A DNA stretch of 64,000 nt from assembly GCF_009914755.1 (NCBI RefSeq), contig NC_060935.1. One strand, 5' to 3'. The notes under the pieces were generated by a model. The model was given only the letters and a program-made list of their open reading frames with translations. It had not been told where the DNA came from and did no database searches. This DNA is from the human T2T-CHM13v2.0 reference genome, Homo sapiens. A program made the translations under genes and the position numbers. Below are positions 13,581 to 29,940 of the stretch, piece by piece (the first letter of the stretch is position 1; each line of letters begins with the position of its first letter).

Positions 13581-16500
13581 CCACGTGATGACCTCTCAGC
13601 GAATGTGGCAGCTGAGGAGGTGTCAGCGGTGGGGTCGGCTGTGGGTCCCTCTGTGGCCTTGGTCGCCTCCCTCTGGGATGGGGGCAGGAGAGGAAAATGT
13701 CGATGGTTCCACCTGGCCTGACTTCCCTGGCCCCCCACAGCTTCCACCCTCAGGAAGGGTAGCAGAGAGCTGTTGGGTGTCTTTTCATAAATGCTTTCTC
13801 ACTGGGAGCAAGGGGACCTGAGTTTGAGTCCAGCTGCATCTCCATCTTCCTGTGCGACACGGGGCCTGGCAGGCTGAGGGTGGGCTCAAAGCTGTTTGCA
13901 AAATAGAGGACTGAGAAAACGTCAGAAGTTAGCGAAGGGGTGGGCTGCTTCCTCTGACACGTCCATCCTGCCCAGAGCTCACAGCTGGAAGGGGCCAGAG
14001 CCAGGATTTGAACCCCACGTATCTGACTTCAAAGACCATCCTCCTGGCTCCACTGGCTCCTGCCCTTCCAGATTTCCCAGAACAGCCCCAGGACGTGTGT
14101 AGTGTGAGGCTCTGACCCTCGCTTTTGTGAAATCTGGTCACTGTGAGCTCTGAGCCTGCTGGGTTCCTCATTTCAACCTCCTGGGGAGCACCCAGTTTCA
14201 GCAACCCACTTACTCCCAGCCTGTGAGGTTTTGGGAGGGAGGGAACATAGACCCATGTCTAACACTCAGAATCGTCCCTGCAGCCACTAATCTGTCCCAT
14301 GCCCATCTGGGGCTTCCACACCTTCCAGCTGCCCTCCCTGGGCCCTCTGTGGGCTGCCATCTCTCCTGCCAAGGGCCCTGACAGGCCCAAAGGACTGGCA
14401 CATGGGTACCATGTGGAGGAGAGTACAAGGGTGCTCCTTGGCAGTGCCCACCCACAGCTCCCTGGGGCAGCCAGGAAGAATGGCTGGAGCAAAGGGTTGC
14501 TCTTTGGGCTCCCGTGGGAGGTTAGAGACAGTGCCTAGGATGTGTTCAGGGAGCTGGACTTTGGGGGGCACTGATTGGCATGGCCACTGACCAATAGGTA
14601 TGGAAGTCAGGCCTGAGCTGGAATGGGATCCTTACGTATGGATTGGCGGGAGGTGCAGGAGCTCTGAGAGATTGAGCTGGGGGGGAATTTTCAACTGGTG
14701 TGGAAATATTTCTCCATTTTATTCATAATAACTGGTATGGCTGGCTGGGTGAGTACTGGTGAATGGCAGCCTGATACATGTGCACATACATGCATGCACT
14801 CTCTCACACGCACACACTCGAGGCCCTGAAGGCCCCTGAGGGCTCAGTCCATTCCCAGCTGGGAGGAACCCTAGCTCTTCTTCCCTGAGACTAAGCCATG
14901 GGTGGCCCGTAGTGAACAGGGAAAGCCAAGTGTCTTCCTGCCTGGCCTTCCCGGGCCTACACTGCAGAGCCCCCTCTGCCGCTGATCACCATCCTGTCTC
15001 CTAGCAGAGCTGCCTCCAGCCTCTGCCCCAGATCTTCCAGGTGAGCAGGTCCCCCAGGCTGAGAGCAGCCGGGTGGAGGGGCACACTGGTGACGCTGGAG
15101 CATCTAGCCACCAGGCATCTCCTGGGCCAGCGCTCCCATCGCCTTTCTCCCCTGCAGAAGGACAGAGACCCAGGTTGCTACGCTGCCTCGGGGCAAATGT
15201 CTGGCTGTTCTCTGGGGTCTTTAGAGGCTGTAGGCTAAGGTTTATTCATTTATTCATTCATTCATCCCATGAATACTTAATGGCACAGACTATTTGTGAA
15301 GCACAGTTCTAGGATCTTAGGAACACAGCAGTGAACACACACAAACCCCCTGCCCACATGGCACCTGCATTCTGATGAGTGTAGAGACTCTTGCACACAA
15401 CTGATGCACCAGGACACACGTGCACACACAGCACACGCATGCACACAGCACACCCTGCCACACGTACACAGGTACGTACCAGCACACACTGCCGACTGCT
15501 GACAGCACAGTCTGAGCCAAGTGCTGCTGTGGGATCCCTGGGGCCCATCCAAGGCCCCTTCCTGTGGAAGGAAGTAGAATGAACAGCGCGTCGAACAAAC
15601 AGGAAAGTAGGAGGAAGTGCTCATCGCCCCTGCCACAGTGCAGGAATCAGCCATTGCCCTGGCAATCCCCTTCCCAACTGAAATCAAATAGAATCAGAGC
15701 AGCTGCCACTGGACGTGACAGGCTGTGCAACTTCACCTCTCTTAGTCTTATCTGGAAAATGGGGACTCTCATTCCTCACTCCCAGTGCTGTTGTGGGAGC
15801 CAAATGCGGTCACGTACACAGTGAGCTCATTCCCCAAGCAGCCCATTCCAGGACTGGCCCCAGCTTCAAGGGGAGGTTTCCCATCCTCTGGGGGATACCT
15901 TCCCTGAGTAGGAATGAGGCCCACGGGAGGACTTTGGGCCTTGGTGCCTCCGGGGCAGGGATGGCTGATTGGCCCAAGGGGCTGGGGCTGGGTCAGGTAA
16001 GACCTGTACTCAGCCTCTTGCCTAGTGGGAAGGTGAGCAGGTAGGAGGGCCATTAGAGGACATCTGAGCTGTGAGCACCCCGGCCCCCAGCTGTCCCATC
16101 TGACATCATTTCCCCAGCACCTGCCTTCTGAGCAAGGGGAATGTCAGGCCCAGAGCCAAGTGCCTCTCCCCAAGTGACCTCAGATGCTTTAAGCAGTAGC
16201 CCCTGGGATAGGAGTGGGCTTCCTGCAGGATGCTGGGGGCAGAGGGGCGGCCAGCCAGAACAGCTGGGAGTGCAGAGGGGCTGTGTGGAGGTGGGGAGTG
16301 GAAGGAGAGAGCTGGAGAGTCTCCAGCAGCCTCTTGGAGGACTGAGTGGGCGGGAAGGGATGTTAGTGGCAGCTGATAGGAGTGGAGGGGTCCATCCTCT
16401 GCCCTTGCATCACACACCTGGGTGAGCCCAGCTTGGGGCTTCCAGGGTGACAGGGGCCCTGTGATCCCAGCACCCAATCCTCTTGGTCCTGGTTCATAGA

Positions 16501-16606
16501 GGACTCAGGCGCTTGGGGTGGTGTCTGAGTTCTTTCCATGGGGAAGCTGTCGAGGAACCCACTTGGTGGGTCAGTGGGGGTCTGGTAAAATGGAAGGAGA
16601 GAGGCC

Positions 16607-16972
16607 TGTATTAGTCCATTTTCACCCTGCTGATAAAGACATACCCAAGACTGGGCAATTTACAAAAGAAAGGGTTTTAATGGACTCACAGTTCCACGTA
16701 GCTGGGGAGGCCTCATAATAATGGAAGAAGGCAAAACGCACGTCTCACATGGTGGTAGACAAGAGAAGACAGAATGAGAGCCAAGCAAAAGGGGTTACCC
16801 CTCATAAAACCATCAGATCTCCTGTGACTTATTCACTACCACAAGAACAGTGTGGGAGAAACCGCCCCATGATTCACTTATCTCCCACTGGATCCCTCCC
16901 ACAACACATGGGAATTATGGGAGTACAATTCAAGATGAGATTTGGGTGGGGACACAGAGCCCAACCATATCA
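16607..16972 (-). mobile_element. THE1 (ERVL-MaLR) solo LTR
   Basis: TGTATTAGTCC...CCATATCA termini, 366 bp, perfect 5-bp TSD AGGCC. Confidence 0.92.
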
Positions 16973-18525
16973 AGGCCCTTCCCCAGAGGGGCAGGCTCTA
17001 AACCCAAGGGAGCCCACAGAGGGGAGGAACAGAGTGGGAGTAAGAATAATGCTATGAGCAGGACTGCAGCTGGGGGAGCTAGGAAGATGAGCAGGGCTGA
17101 CCCTTTGGGGTGAGGTAGGACTCGCAGCAGGCAAAGAGGGAGCAGGGCAGCAAGAGGAAAGTGCAGGCAGCCACTGCGGAGGGCATGGTGGACCCCAGCA
17201 GCCATGGGACCCTGTCTCCTTCCCAATCATCATCATCGTCACAGCAGCCACCAAGGATTTAGTATTAAGCTTTAACCCTGACACCCCAACAGTGTAGACA
17301 CACTTGCTCCCCCCACCCCTTTACAGTGTGGAAACCAAAACTTGGAAAAGCTAAGCTGTTTGCCATAGCCCTGACCAACTACACAATCCAGGAGTCATTC
17401 ACATTGGATTCACAAATCCACCTTCAGGTCCAGAGTCACAGTGACTGAAGAAACTGGGGTTGGCCCCTGGGGCCTGTGACTCTGTGTGCTTTCCAATAGT
17501 TCTCAAGGCCAATGGGAATGAAGACCCCTGGTTCATAAAAAGAGGAGAGGAGTAGGCCTTTTCTAAGGAGGCACAAGTCCACTAAACCCAACTTTTCCTC
17601 CATCAATCTATGCAATAAGGATTTATCAGGCACCCACTCTATGCCAGGCACTGTGGAAGGAATCAGGGGTCACCAAGGTAAACAAGTTTGTGGAGCTGAC
17701 AGTCCAGTTGTGGGGGAGGCACAGGGAAAAAAACACAAAAACAGCAGAAAAAGCGCCCCATGTCAGGGACAGAGAGGACAGCAAAGGTGATCAAGGCCCT
17801 GTCTCTACCTGCCAGGAAGTGCACAAGGTAAGACAAGCCGGTCCCCAGGCTGGCTGTTGTCCCTTGATGTCCTCATTGCCCGGGGCACTGTGGAGGCTGC
17901 CACTCCACCAGGACATGGAGGAATGAATCCAGTCCCATGGGCTGACTGGCCCAGAGTTCAAGAGGATGCACGGGAACCAATCACAGTGTGAATGCAAATG
18001 AGAACCAGGCACCCCCTACCCACAAGGGGAACTGATCTGGGCCTCCTGTCTATGTGGTCAGGAAAACCTTTTCCAAGAGGCCAACGGAAACTATCTGTAG
18101 CTTGTGATGATCTAAAATGCCTCGTCAGGGATTGCTTAATGAGTTTATTTAACAGACAGCTGGGGCAGAGGGGTTGTCCAGGTGGGCTGTGTGTATTTCC
18201 TTCCTCTGAGGACTGAGCAGGGCAAGGACTCCATCCTGCATCGGTCTATGGGGGATGCAGGTCATCAGACCCCCATGACTCCATGTGTGGGATGCCTGTG
18301 CCTGGTCCCATATGGAGTCTGGTTTCCATCTCCTTCAGAAAAGGAATGTGAAGGTGGCAGCCTGGCTGGGACTGGGGAATGGAGAATGGAGTGGGAAAGC
18401 CACGTGGGAGAGCAACCAGCTTTCCTGCCAGTGTCACAGGGCAGAGTGAGCATCTAGGGTGGGAGTCATGGCACTGGGAATTGAGGGACTTGGTTCTGTC
18501 TCAGATGTCCCCTAATTAGTTGCAT

Positions 18526-19031
18526 GTGGTCATTGTTTGCAAAAATAGTCACATGTATTCCCCTCCCTGTATCTATGCTCTCTGCAACATGACTATACAG
18601 CTAGCACCTCTCTGATGGCTGGTCGTGTGACCTTCTTTGGCTAATGGAATGTGGGGGAAAACACAGTGTGTCAATTATAATCCTAAGTCTCAAGGAGTTT
18701 TGCACACTTCTCCCCACTTCTTCTCTCTCTCTGCCTCACTCTCTCAAAACCTGCCACTGCCTCATGAAGAAGCCCAAATTAGCCTGCTGGAGCATGAGAG
18801 GCAAGTGGGTCAGTACTCCATCATCCCAGATGACAGCCAACTTACCCCCAGAAGCAGAACCACCACCCTACCTGCAGCCAACTTCAGACGCAAGAGAAGA
18901 CCAGATGAGCCACCTAGCTGAGCCCAACCTAAATGGCTGACACACACACAGAATCATGAGCTAAACAAATGGTGGTTGTTTCGGGCCCTAAATTTGGGGT
19001 TAGTTTATTACACAGCAATAGCTAACTGATA
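18526..19031 (+). mobile_element. MLT1 (ERVL-MaLR) LTR
   Basis: 3' end ..TTTGGGGTTAGTTTATTACACAGCAATAGCTAACTGATA and internal TTTGGCTAATGGAATGTG are typical of MLT1. Confidence 0.7.
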
Positions 19032-22000
19032 GGATAGGTAATCATAATGACAGCTACCATTTGCTGAAGGCCTATTGGACACCAGGCCCAGCACTAAGCA
19101 CTTGACATACATTGCATGAGTCCCCTGACTCATTTAATCCTCACAATAGCCCTGAGAGTTGGTATTTGGATGCACACTTTATAGATAAGAAAACAGAGGC
19201 TCAGAGGAGACATGAGTCTGGTCTAAGGTTGCTGAACAGTAAGAGACAGAGATCAGATGAGAACCTAAAATCTGTCTTCATGGGCTCGGTGTCTGAATCT
19301 CCCTTCCAGAGGAGCCTTAATGTCAGAGAGAATCAGCATCACTTGAGAGACTGTAATGTATTCTGCACACGGGAGCTGACATCATTAAGAATGTTCTCAG
19401 CCTTCCGTCCCCAAGAATTATGCCCTGTCTCACCCTGTTCTTCTCTCACCCCCAGTCAATGCCTCTAATTCCCTTGGGCTTCTGGAGGGAAAGACAAAAG
19501 ACACAGATGAAGGGATAATTTATTTCTTTTTGATCCCACCTGCTATTTAATCAGTAAATATTTACAGAGGGCCTGCTATGTGCTAATTTCAGAGTGTTCT
19601 TTCTTTCATGACACATTTTCTGGGTCCCTATGGTGTGTTCTCACTCAGCCCATGTAGCTCCAACACAAGGGTCATTGGGATTATCCCCACTTTACAGCTG
19701 AAAAAACTCTGAGGTTCCAGAGAGGTGAAGTGGCCACCTTGAGGTCACTTAACTATAAGTGACCAAAACAAGATTCAACTCTAGGTTTGGCTGAATTCAG
19801 ACAGGGTCTCTTCTTGCTCTATCACCACAGCTGTGGCTTTTTTAAAAAAGGGATTTTGAAACTTCCCCTGGGCTCTGTGTCTGGCAGGTAGGGGGCTGGA
19901 ATGTGGAGAGGAGAAAGGCTAGTGGGGCTGTTGGAAAATGTCCTCTGACTCTCAGAGCTGGCTGGCTCCTGGGCTGGGCATGGTGCTCAGGCTCAAGCTC
20001 TGGGTAATGCTGTGAGCTGGCCAAGGAGGTCGCATGTCCTGGAGGGAGGAGAAATAGCCACAGGCTCCAGCCTGCTTCGCTTGTGTCCGCAGCTGACAGC
20101 CACAGCCATCGCTCATCCCCACCCGCCCCTCTGCTTAGCTGCTGGACCTCTGCCATCTTCCACCACCAGGCACTGGGCACTGGGCCCTACCCCTCCCCGG
20201 CTGCACTGTTTACAAATGGGAAATTCAGGGAGAGTCCGCCCAGGCTGTCTTCTCCTCCCAGGGCCATCATGTCTCTGGAGTTGGGGCTTAGCCACAGGTC
20301 TCTCAAGGGTCCCAGAGCCCACCCCTGACCCAGGGTTCCTCTTTCAGACTGGAAGCAGGCCCCCACCCAGATGTCCTGACCAGAGTCTAGCTGCATGGAG
20401 CCCTCACCGGTGTGTGGGAGCAGGAGGATACAGAGGTGAAAGGCTGAGAGGCCTGGGGGTCTTTTAGGCACTGAGGGAACCCGCTATCCTGCAATCACAC
20501 ATGGTTGCCTTCCCCTGGGGCAAGTTGGGTGCTGGAAATATCCCTGCCCTGGAGGCCCTTACTGGCTGAGAAACCTTAGACCAATCACCTGCCTCTCTGG
20601 ACCTCCGTCTCCTCATCTTGAAACTGAACAGAAATATTCTCAGAGCCACATAACCACACAGACACCAATATGAATTTATTAAGTGTTCAGCAATTTGCAC
20701 ACATGATCTTAGCTATTCCCACAATAACCCTAAGACCTGAATTCTTAGCGAGGTTAAGTAACTTGCCCAGGGTCAGGGTGAGTGAGTGACCACAAAAGGT
20801 TTGGACTCAGCAACCCTGACTCCCAGTCCAGGGGCTCAGCCTCGTGGCTACCAGCCTCCTTTCTCAGGGTGGGTCATACCCGCAAATGCACAGACGCCCT
20901 GCCCGATTCATGGGCTGCAGGTCAGGTCATGCTCCACACTGGCTTGCTTGATGCCCTGGATGAAGTTGCTGACCCTTGGGGTCTCCTAGTGCCCTAAACT
21001 CCTCTGCCATATCTCCATCATCAATGAGCTGTGCTCCTCTGGTTCCTGGAACAATCTCCCTTTTTTCTTCCACCTAACTCCTTCTCCTCCCTCAGATCTG
21101 CCTTCAGGGAGCTCCCCAGACCATGGCCCCAATGACAGAGGTGGCCTTGCCCTCCTGCCGCCCTCTCTGTGGGGAGGGCCTCCCCTGTGCAAATGCCTGG
21201 TCCAAGGGTTCAGATCCAGACTCTGCCCTCTCTTTTAGTCCCTCCTCTGGGAAATGAGCATAATAATGGTCCCAACCACATAGGGTTGTTTCCAGGACTA
21301 AGTGATTTAGCACAGGTTCAGGCTTAGAAAAGCTGTCAGGTTTTTAAAAGATGTCTGGAGTTTAGGCAGTCAGCATGGCCCAGCGTGTAACACATCGTTG
21401 TAGGCTTTCCTATGATACAGCCTCTAACAAAATTCGGTGTCCTGAGTCCCTGGCAATAGAATTGTTTACTTTTATGCCAAGATGGTCTGGAAGGCACTGA
21501 AATCTGCATGTGGTGTGTGCCCAGGCAGAATCCGCAGTTCTTATGAGGTTGTCTAAAATGAAAACACACATCAGCAAGGCCCATGGTGGTCCCGCACGTG
21601 CTGAATGTGTCTGGGAAAGGAGTCGATGTGCTTTCCTTATGGTGGAGCAGGAAATTGTTGGGAAAGTGTTGAAGGCACAACAAGCACAGCGTGTTTAGTT
21701 CAGAAAGCTAAAGAAAAACAAAATGAAGCCTTTTTGAGTAATTACAAAAAAGAAAGAAATTCTGTGGATGTGGAGCAAGCTCTCCATGCCCGATGGGCAT
21801 TTTCCCCCCAAAAGGCGCTCTCCTGATAGTCAATGATCATTGCTGGTTGAAGTCTGTGTCTTCTCTGCTGAACCCTAAGTTCCTCGAGGGCAGGGAGGGC
21901 TTCTGGTTCATTCCTTGCCCTGTCCCCAGCTTGGAGCGTGTGCCTGGCATATAATGAGCATTTAATGCATATTTGTTGGATAAATGAATGAATGAATATA

Positions 22001-22074
22001 ACGGGCCCCATTGTCAGTAGCAGAATGAAATAATGGGATGCAGAAGAGAACTCAGGCAACATTGAGTTCTTTTA

Positions 22075-22590
22075 GAGAGGAGTCCCGTACTTGTCTGACC
22101 TAATAATCATCTGTGCCTTCTGCTAGAAATCCAGATTCTGGGGCCCCAGCCCTGGAGATTCTTGTTCTTTGGGTCGGGGCGGGGGTGCTCTGGAAATCAG
22201 GGCTTTTTTTTTTATTTTATTTTGAGACAGAGTTTCGCTCTTCTTGCCCAGTTCTTGCCCAGGCTGGAGGGCAATGGCACCATCTCAGCTCACCACAACC
22301 TCCGCCACAACCTCCAGGTTCAAGCAATTCTCCTGCCTCAGCCTCTTGAGTAGCTAGGATTACAAGCATGCACCACCACGCGAGGCTAATTTTGTATTTT
22401 TAGTAGAGATGGGGTTTCTCCATGTTGGTCAGGCTGGTCTTGAACTCCCGACCTCAGGTGATCCGCCCACCTCGGCCTCCCAAAGTGCTGGGATTACAGG
22501 TGTAACCCACCACACCTGGCCGGAAATCTGGGCTTTTAAAAGTACCTCGGTTGATTCAGATACACGGGCAGTTTGAGAAGTGCTGGCTTA
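22075..22590. mobile_element. MER5-like MITE split by an Alu
   Basis: AGAAATCCAGATTCTGGGGCCCCAGCCC..GAGATTCT and CAGTTTGAGAA.TGCTG motifs on either side of the Alu. Confidence 0.5.
22205..22521 (-). mobile_element. Alu (AluSp/Sq-like) with two small internal tandem duplications
   Basis: Antisense dimer; TSD GGAAATC(A/T)GGGCTTTT; duplicated TTCTTGCCCAG and CCACAACCTCC. Confidence 0.93.
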
Positions 22591-23113
22591 GAGCAAAGCT
22601 TGGAGAGGAGAAAAGTGAATATGCTGCTTACATGTCTCAGAGGGTTGGGCCGGGGTTCCTCCAGTCTGAGATAGAAGAGAGATCTGGCAGGCTTCCTGAA
22701 GGAGGAGGCATGGAGGCAGTGTCGAGGATGGGTGCCAGTCTTCCAGGGAAGGAAGAGGAGAGGTGGAGGGGTGTTGCCACCAGTGGCCCAAAAGGATGGG
22801 GCTCCAGCCTCCAACCTCACAATGACCACCTCTAGAAGTTGGAGGAAGGTGGCTGCAGCCCCAGTGTGTGACAAGGGTCCTATGAATCAGGATGCCCCTG
22901 GGGGAAAGGACACCCTGAGCATGATGTCCTCTGTCCACTCTGCTTAGGAGGAAATGGGGGGCAGCACTTTCTAAAGGAGGCCCAGTCAGGACAAAACCTC
23001 AGGCCTGGGATTAGCCCAGTGGGCCTTGCCTGGAGGTGGCACCTTACGCTCTGGAAGGAGAGCTGCCCCAGCCTAGAAGGGCTGGGGGAAGGAGAAGAAA
23101 GAGGGGTCGATGA

Positions 23114-23788
<675 letters not shown>

Positions 23789-24861
23789 TGAGTGTGTACA
23801 GGGATGTTATTGATTCTTTACTACTGTATCCTGAGTGCCTAGCTCAGTGCCTGGCACGTAATAGGTGCTCAGCAAATGAATGGGTGAGTTCCAGCGTGCC
23901 CATATATGTGTTGTCAGATGAAACTCAGATCTGTAGGACCCAGGGAGCCTCCCCAGAGCTCCGGAGAGGGCAGCACTTCCACAACCTTAGAGTTCAGGCT
24001 ATTTTGGGAGACAGGAAGGATTTGCAATCAGGAGACCGAGAGCCACCCTGGACAGCCAAAGGTGAGCCACATTCGCCAGGCCCTGGAGGAGAGAGAAGGC
24101 AGGGGACACAGCAAGTGCCAAGGCTGAGAGGTATGAGATGGGCAAATCCAGAGCAAAAGGGCACACTGGGGTTAGACTGCAAGAGTCAGCAAAGACGCCA
24201 AGATACAGCTTGAGCCGCTGAGTATGCTGAAGCCTGTATTTCCTGGGCTTGGGGACCCTGGGGAAGGAATGCAGCTGGGGGGAAATGAGGGGTCCTATCA
24301 TGGAATAAGAGCCATGGTGGAAGCTTGGGCCGAGAACAGGCTAATGGCCCGACTGTTGAGGGTATCAGAAGCTCAAGTGACTAGAGAGAAGGAGACGTTT
24401 GGTCAAAAGGATTTCTTTGGAGGGAGATCTGGGGATGCTTAGATTTCCAGCCCCTATGAGGGGCTGTTTTGGAAATGCCTGCCCCTCTCATGGCTTGGTT
24501 AGAGCGTCCCAGTGGATTATGAGAAGATGGTAACGTGTGTCTCCAGTGAGTTGGGGATGCAGAAGCCTAGACAAAGTTGGCTCCCACCAGGAAAATCTAA
24601 AAAGGCCAGCAAGGGGCTGCTATCTGCTAGGAATAAACAGAAGATAGATCTGAGGTGGGATTGGCTGGGATTCCCCAGAGTTCAACAGAGTGCAGAAAAC
24701 AAGTATATTTTCTGGGGTTCAAACATGGGCCTGGTCTGCCAAGAACTTTGACAAAACACAGCTCTTCCTCCTCCTCCTCTTCAGAATTATGTGGACAAGT
24801 AAATCTGGGAAGGGCTACAGCAGAGCATGAGTGTGGGGTGGGCATGGAAAGCCAGGGTTAG

Positions 24862-25765
<904 letters not shown>

Positions 25766-25844
25766 TAGCAACATGCGGGAAGAGGGGCATGGAGCAAGGG
25801 CATGTGCAGGGGCAAAGTAGGTCCAAGCCCCTTCTCCAGCTTGC

Positions 25845-25862
25845 TGCCTGCAGAGGGCAGCA
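25845..25862 (+). promoter_or_regulatory. Candidate CTCF site
   Basis: TGCCTGCAGAGGGCAGCA matches the CC.GCAGAGGGCAGC form of the CTCF motif. Motif only. Confidence 0.45.
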
Positions 25863-26807
25863 AGGGCAGAAAGAAGGGTTAGCTTTGAACCAAGTTCAAA
25901 GATGCAGTTACTACCTCGGACCAGACACTTTTAATGCCAACCTGACTCTGTATTTGCAATTTAAAGTGACCTAAGAATTTTTATCACCTAACCGGGGGCA
26001 GAAAACTTGTGGGGCTGCCCGAGTTTTCATCCAGGAATGGGGGGATGAACTTCCACCGGAGAAGGAATCATAAAAAGTAAAAAAAAATAAAAAATAAAAA
26101 TGTTGGGTGACAAGAATAAAGCTGTTTTCCCTTTCGCCTGATTTTGCTTATCTAATGCACTGGTTTCTGTCATTACGGCTGTGACTCTGTCTCCCCTACT
26201 AGAATGTGGGCTCCTGAGGGCGGGTCCCTGTCAGATTTGGCTGTGTCCCTCCAGCATCTGGCCCAAGGCTGGGTATTTGATAAACCTCAGTAGATGCTAA
26301 TTTTCTCTCTTCTTTCGCTTGACCCTGGGTGTTTATAAGAGGTGGCATCAGGTTCAGAGGGTAGCCCAGGGTCTCACGGATGTGGACAGAGATTTGGCCC
26401 ATCCTTCATGGCTCCTCCAAGCATCAGTCATGTAAATCAGTCAGGCAGTCCATCTGCCAGTGACGGGACTCAACGGTCAGGCGGTCAGACAGTTGGGCAT
26501 TGATCAGGGGATGGCTGGCCGCCAGCCTTGCCAGTCAGATGGACAGACAGTCCGAGGATCACTCTGCACTCAATCTGATACAGACACCGCTTTGCAGGGT
26601 CCCCTCCCAGCACACCAAGAGTGTCTCTCCTCTCCCAGAGGCCCCCCCTGCCCAGGAGGCCTGGTCTGGGGTGCTCCTGGCAGGGTGCCCGTCCCTGATC
26701 ACCGACTTGGCAGCCTCCTGGATGCTGGCTCCAGCGATGCCCCTCCTCCTTCCCCTCCCTCCCAAGGTGGGAGCTTCAGGCTCTGCCAAAGCATTACTAA
26801 GCCCGGC

Positions 26808-26841
26808 GGTGACGTCACCCTCCCTGGTCCCACCCCGCCCC
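26808..26841. promoter_or_regulatory. Full CRE palindrome (GGTGACGTCACC) next to a GC box (CCCCGCCCC)
   Basis: 12-bp perfect palindrome at 26808-26819 and SP/KLF motif at 26833-26841 in a small CpG cluster. Confidence 0.45.
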
Positions 26842-27987
26842 CGGCCGGCTTACCCTTCACCCCTGGCTGCCCCTGTGAGAATGACACATCCTGGGTGGGG
26901 GAGGGGCTGTGCCCTGGGACCAACATGAAGATCCTCCCCCACCCAGGCTCCTCGGTGGGTGGGATCTGGTCTGATGCTTCCCCAGCTGGAGGCTGCTCAG
27001 CTCGAGCAGTTATAGTCCTGGAGACCCAGCCAGACGTACCCCAATGCACACTGAGGCTCTTCCCCTCACCAGCAGGGTGGCCCTGGACAAGGGACTTTAT
27101 CTCTTTCAGCTTCATCTCGGATGATAATAGGACCTGCCTCCGGGGGCGAGTGAGCGGGTGTGAGGCTTCAAAGACACCATGCACCGCAAGCCCCTGCTCC
27201 ACTTACAAGGGGACCTTCAGTCCATCTCGGTTGCCTGTGGGGTGTTCACTCCGAATTCCTCAAGGTCCATTTCAAAACTAAATGGCTGGTCCTTTGCTGT
27301 CAGGGTTAGCTGAAAGACAAGGACTTTTCACCAATGCTGTCAAGCTGTGAGGTCAACACCCATTTCCTGGGATCACAGCAGCCATCCCGCGGTGTGGGGG
27401 GCCACGTGGGAGTGGGCCTTGGACCTTGCTGCCCGTGGAAATTCTAAGCACTCCTCCTCACTTTGATTGCAGCGATTTTTCCTCCTCAGTGTGGCCAAAG
27501 GCGCAATCCCAACTCCCAGCACTGGCTCTTCTCTCTTCTTCCCAAATAAATACCTGAATGGAGGTTTTATTCAGGAACAACCTTGAAATACAACCAGGCC
27601 ATCAATCTCTATCCCCCAGCACCTGGGGTCTGGAGCCCCAGAATTCAGAATGCTGAAGGTTGGTTGGCTTGGCATTGGGAGGAGGAAAGCCTTCCTCCCA
27701 TTCCTCCAGGGAGATCAGAAGGCAGCAGGGTCTGCTGTAATCTGCCCTGCCCAAGATCTCTGTCTGATCTCTGGAAGATCACCTGGGCTGCCCCAGCAGG
27801 TGCCAATGAACCAACACTTCAAGGGTGTCCCTCAGAACATTAGTCTTGCCAGGTGCTTCACAAAACCCACACCTACACACATCACCACCACCAAAAATCA
27901 CATAATAGTAGTAAGAGTTATGTGGCTTGCTCAAGGTGGAGGGTCTATAAGAGAATTCCTCATGAAATTGGGATCTTACAGAACTCA

Positions 27988-28480
<493 letters not shown>

Positions 28481-28795
28481 CTATGTGCATCAGTAAACTT
28501 CCAGTAGAGATTTCAGTTTCATGTAGTCCCAGGTTGGTAATGCTCAAACATGATGTGCAGGATCAAATATAAACTCTCTCTGGAGGGATGTAATTGTAAA
28601 GACTCCTACAGATAATGTTCCAGGAAATAAGAGGTCTCAATAGAAAAATTATAAAACACACAAAGAAATGAAATACCAGGAATGAGAGTCAGCATAAACA
28701 ACAGACAGGAGAATCAGACCAGAAAAGACGTGTGACATTGAAATTGGATGCAAAATATAGGATGTTTCAAAAATAAGAGAAGCTTGAAAATATGA

Positions 28796-29154
<359 letters not shown>

Positions 29155-29584
29155 AAATGAAACTTCTAGAACTGGGAAATACAGTCATTGAAATGGCAGA
29201 ATTCAAAGTATGTATGGTCAAATAAGAGTACATACCTGTGGAGACAGAATTAGTAAAATATAAGGCGAAACTGCAGAAATTATCCTGAATATAGTTCAAA
29301 GTGAAAAAGAGTTGGAAAGTAGAAAAGAAAAGTAAAAGATGTGGAGGATAGAGATCTGACATGTTCAGTCAGAATACTAGAAAGAGAAGAGGGAAAGTAT
29401 GGGGAAGAGGCAATATTTGAAGAGATGGTAACTGACAGTTTTTAAGAATTGTCAAAAGACATCCAACCTTAGACCCAGAAAACTCAGTAATTTCTAAACA
29501 CTAAAAATAAAAGGAAATCCACCACTATACACGTTAAAGTGAAGCAGCAGAATTAAGAAAGAGAGGTTGTCATCCATAAGTGAA

Positions 29585-29940
29585 CTCTAAAAAAGTTGAT
29601 CTCATAGAAGTAGAGTAGAATAGTGGTTATTAGAGGCTGGGGAGGGTAGGGAGGAGGGATGAATGAGAAGAGATTGGTCAATGGGTACAAAGTTACAGTT
29701 AGGAGAAGTAAGTTCTAGTGTTCTGTTGCACAATAGGGTGACTATAGTTAACAATAACGTATTGTATATTTCAAAATAGCTGGAAGAGAGGATTTTGAAT
29801 GTTCTCACCACAAAGAAATGATAAATGGTGATGGATTTGTTAATTACCCTGATTTGATCATCACACAATGTTTACATGTATCACAACATCACATTGTTCT
29901 CCATAAATATGTACACTTATTATATGTCAATTAAAGAGAA
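29585..29940 (+). mobile_element. L1MA-type 3' end fragment
   Basis: AAAGTTGATCTCATAGAAGTAGAG...GGGTGACTATAGTTAAC...TATGTCAATTAAA typical of the L1MA 3' UTR. Confidence 0.75.

Noticed and set aside
26460-27281. Longest ORF in the track (273 aa)
   Set aside because: GTG start, Pro/Gly/Ser-rich low-information sequence, no recognisable domain. Expected by chance in GC-rich DNA.
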